Of a stretch of DNA of 14,292 bases, positions 13,497 through 14,292 are shown one piece after another (within the stretch, counting starts at the first letter, position 1; every line of letters starts with the position of its first letter). The translations under genes and the position numbers were made by a program. Below the pieces are notes generated by a model. The model had not been told where the DNA came from, did not search any database, and worked only from the letters and a program-made list of their open reading frames with translations. This DNA is from Planctomycetaceae bacterium (GTDB lineage: Bacteria > Planctomycetota > Planctomycetia > Pirellulales > Thermoguttaceae): NCBI GenBank assembly GCA_031279215.1, contig JAITIZ010000069.1:1-14292 (forward strand). The letters are read 5' to 3'.

Positions 13497-13617
13497 TAGT
13501 GATTAGTGATTAGTGATTTGAAATTATAGGTTATGAATTTAGTGATTTAGGTTTATGATCCATAATAATTTCCGCATGCGAACTAACCACTAACCACTAA
13601 CCACTATTCCACTATCC
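13497..13617. repeat. Opposed heptamer arrays: (TAGTGAT)x3 at 13497-13517 and (CTAACCA)x3 + degenerate copies at 13583-13617, forming a long interrupted inverted repeat
   Basis: The right units are the reverse complement of the left units except for one position per heptamer, giving an A/C mismatch per heptamer on the plus strand. On a minus-strand transcript that position becomes a G·U wobble, so the hairpin would pair fully only in RNA made from the minus strand. The spacer is ~62 nt and contains a further TAGTGATTT copy at 13540-13548. Confidence 0.6.
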
Positions 13618-13716
13618 GTTGCGCTAATTCAAAAACGGAAAATTTTGGATTCGGCGAAGACGCGTTGTCTTTGTCAATAAACATTAACAACCCTTTTTAA
13701 AATGAAAGGACAAAAA

Positions 13717-14292
13717 ATGAAAGTGATTTTAAAAATCAAACTTTGCGTAATGTTGAGCTTATTGCTCTTTATGACTCAGGCGAGCTTTAGCACCGTATAT
13801 TCGGATGATTCTAAACCGTCTGATACTTCAACGTCAGTACCCGATAGCGGCAGCATTCGTATTGATGAAAAAACATTTGCCGACACATTGAAGAATTTTA
13901 ACGAAAAAATTCAAAAAGACCCGAAAGCGGAAAAGTCTATAAGAAAACTTTTCGGCAAAATATATTTCCGGTATTGTCTTGAGTTTTACGTGAAAAATGC
14001 AAAAAACAAAAGTATCGACATAAATACAACAGAATTTGATCAAGCCAAAAAATTTGCCGGTTCAAATTTACCAGATAAACCATTTCGATCTGCTATTAAC
14101 ATTCAAGGTTGGAAAGTTGTCCGTCAATGGTTAAAGGAAGATTCAACTAACAGCCTAATAAACGTCGAAAATAAACATAATATTTCGTCGTTATCTTTTG
14201 CTGCATTATCAGGAAATCTTAAAATTGTTAAAGATTTGATTGCAAAAGGTGCAGATGTAAAGTCAAAAGATGATCTCGGGAACATGCCGTTA
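13717..14292 (+). CDS. Secreted ankyrin-repeat protein (N-terminal part; continues beyond window end)
   Basis: The ATG at 13717 is preceded by AAAGGA with 6-nt spacing. An in-frame ATG at 13702 is the alternative. The signal peptide is MKVILKIKLCVMLSLLLFMTQASFS. The frame stays open to the window end. The last ~40 aa (…ISSLSFAALSGNLKIVKDLIAKGADVKSKDDLGNMPL) fit the ankyrin consensus (-L-AA--G---IVK-LL--GADVN-KD--G-TPL). Antisense ORF 13834-14043 is rejected. Confidence 0.7.
   Translation, partial: MKVILKIKLCVMLSLLLFMTQASFSTVYSDDSKPSDTSTSVPDSGSIRIDEKTFADTLKNFNEKIQKDPKAEKSIRKLFGKIYFRYCLEFYVKNAKNKSIDINTTEFDQAKKFAGSNLPDKPFRSAINIQGWKVVRQWLKEDSTNSLINVENKHNISSLSFAALSGNLKIVKDLIAKGADVKSKDDLGNMPL

Noticed and set aside
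13834-14043. Minus-strand ORF of 69 aa
   Set aside because: It is antisense to the ankyrin-repeat CDS, which has a good RBS, a signal peptide and an open frame to the window end.

Overview
The window is AT-rich, shows no CRISPR array, rRNA or recognisable tRNA, and looks like an accessory or host-interaction region. Genes, left to right:
- (1) 1-331, minus strand, runs off the edge: start of an Rpn/YhgA-like PD-(D/E)XK nuclease-family transposase-like gene.
- (2) 373-2064, minus: intact flotillin/SPFH (band-7) protein with an N-terminal TM helix and a long Ala/Glu-rich coiled-coil tail.
- (3) 2300-2647, minus: decayed in-frame remnant of the first ~115 codons of a second flotillin paralog. 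It carries two CAA->TAA nonsense codons and ends abruptly at a GC-rich composite palindrome (2201-2283).
- (4) 2648-3340: long AT-rich intergenic region with five tandem ~21-bp repeats, each built round the palindrome TTGTAG-NN-CTACAA.
- (5) 3341 (or 3296)-8362, plus: ~1670-aa autotransporter-type protein. It has an HEMGH zinc-peptidase motif in the passenger, a (GAAGGT)n Gly/Glu-rich linker and a C-terminal beta-barrel ending in Phe.
- (6) 8778-10718, plus: secreted protein whose N-terminal domain is a degenerate paralog of the next gene's peptidase domain and appears to lack the catalytic Cys.
- (7) 10847-13306, plus: secreted clan-CD (caspase/legumain-fold) cysteine peptidase domain with ...ITHG... 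and ...FEACRS... motifs, N-terminal (ESVVK)n repeats and a ~540-aa C-terminal domain of unknown function.
- (8) 13307-13716: intergenic region with a perfect 18-bp direct repeat and opposed heptamer arrays.
- (9) 13717-end, plus: secreted ankyrin-repeat protein, partial.

An 11-mer, GGTTTTTAGAA, recurs in gene orientation upstream of genes 2, 6 and 7. The strongest candidate for something new is the tandem active / apparently inactive clan-CD peptidase pair followed by the secreted ankyrin protein. All family assignments rest on motifs read by eye and need an HMM or structure search.
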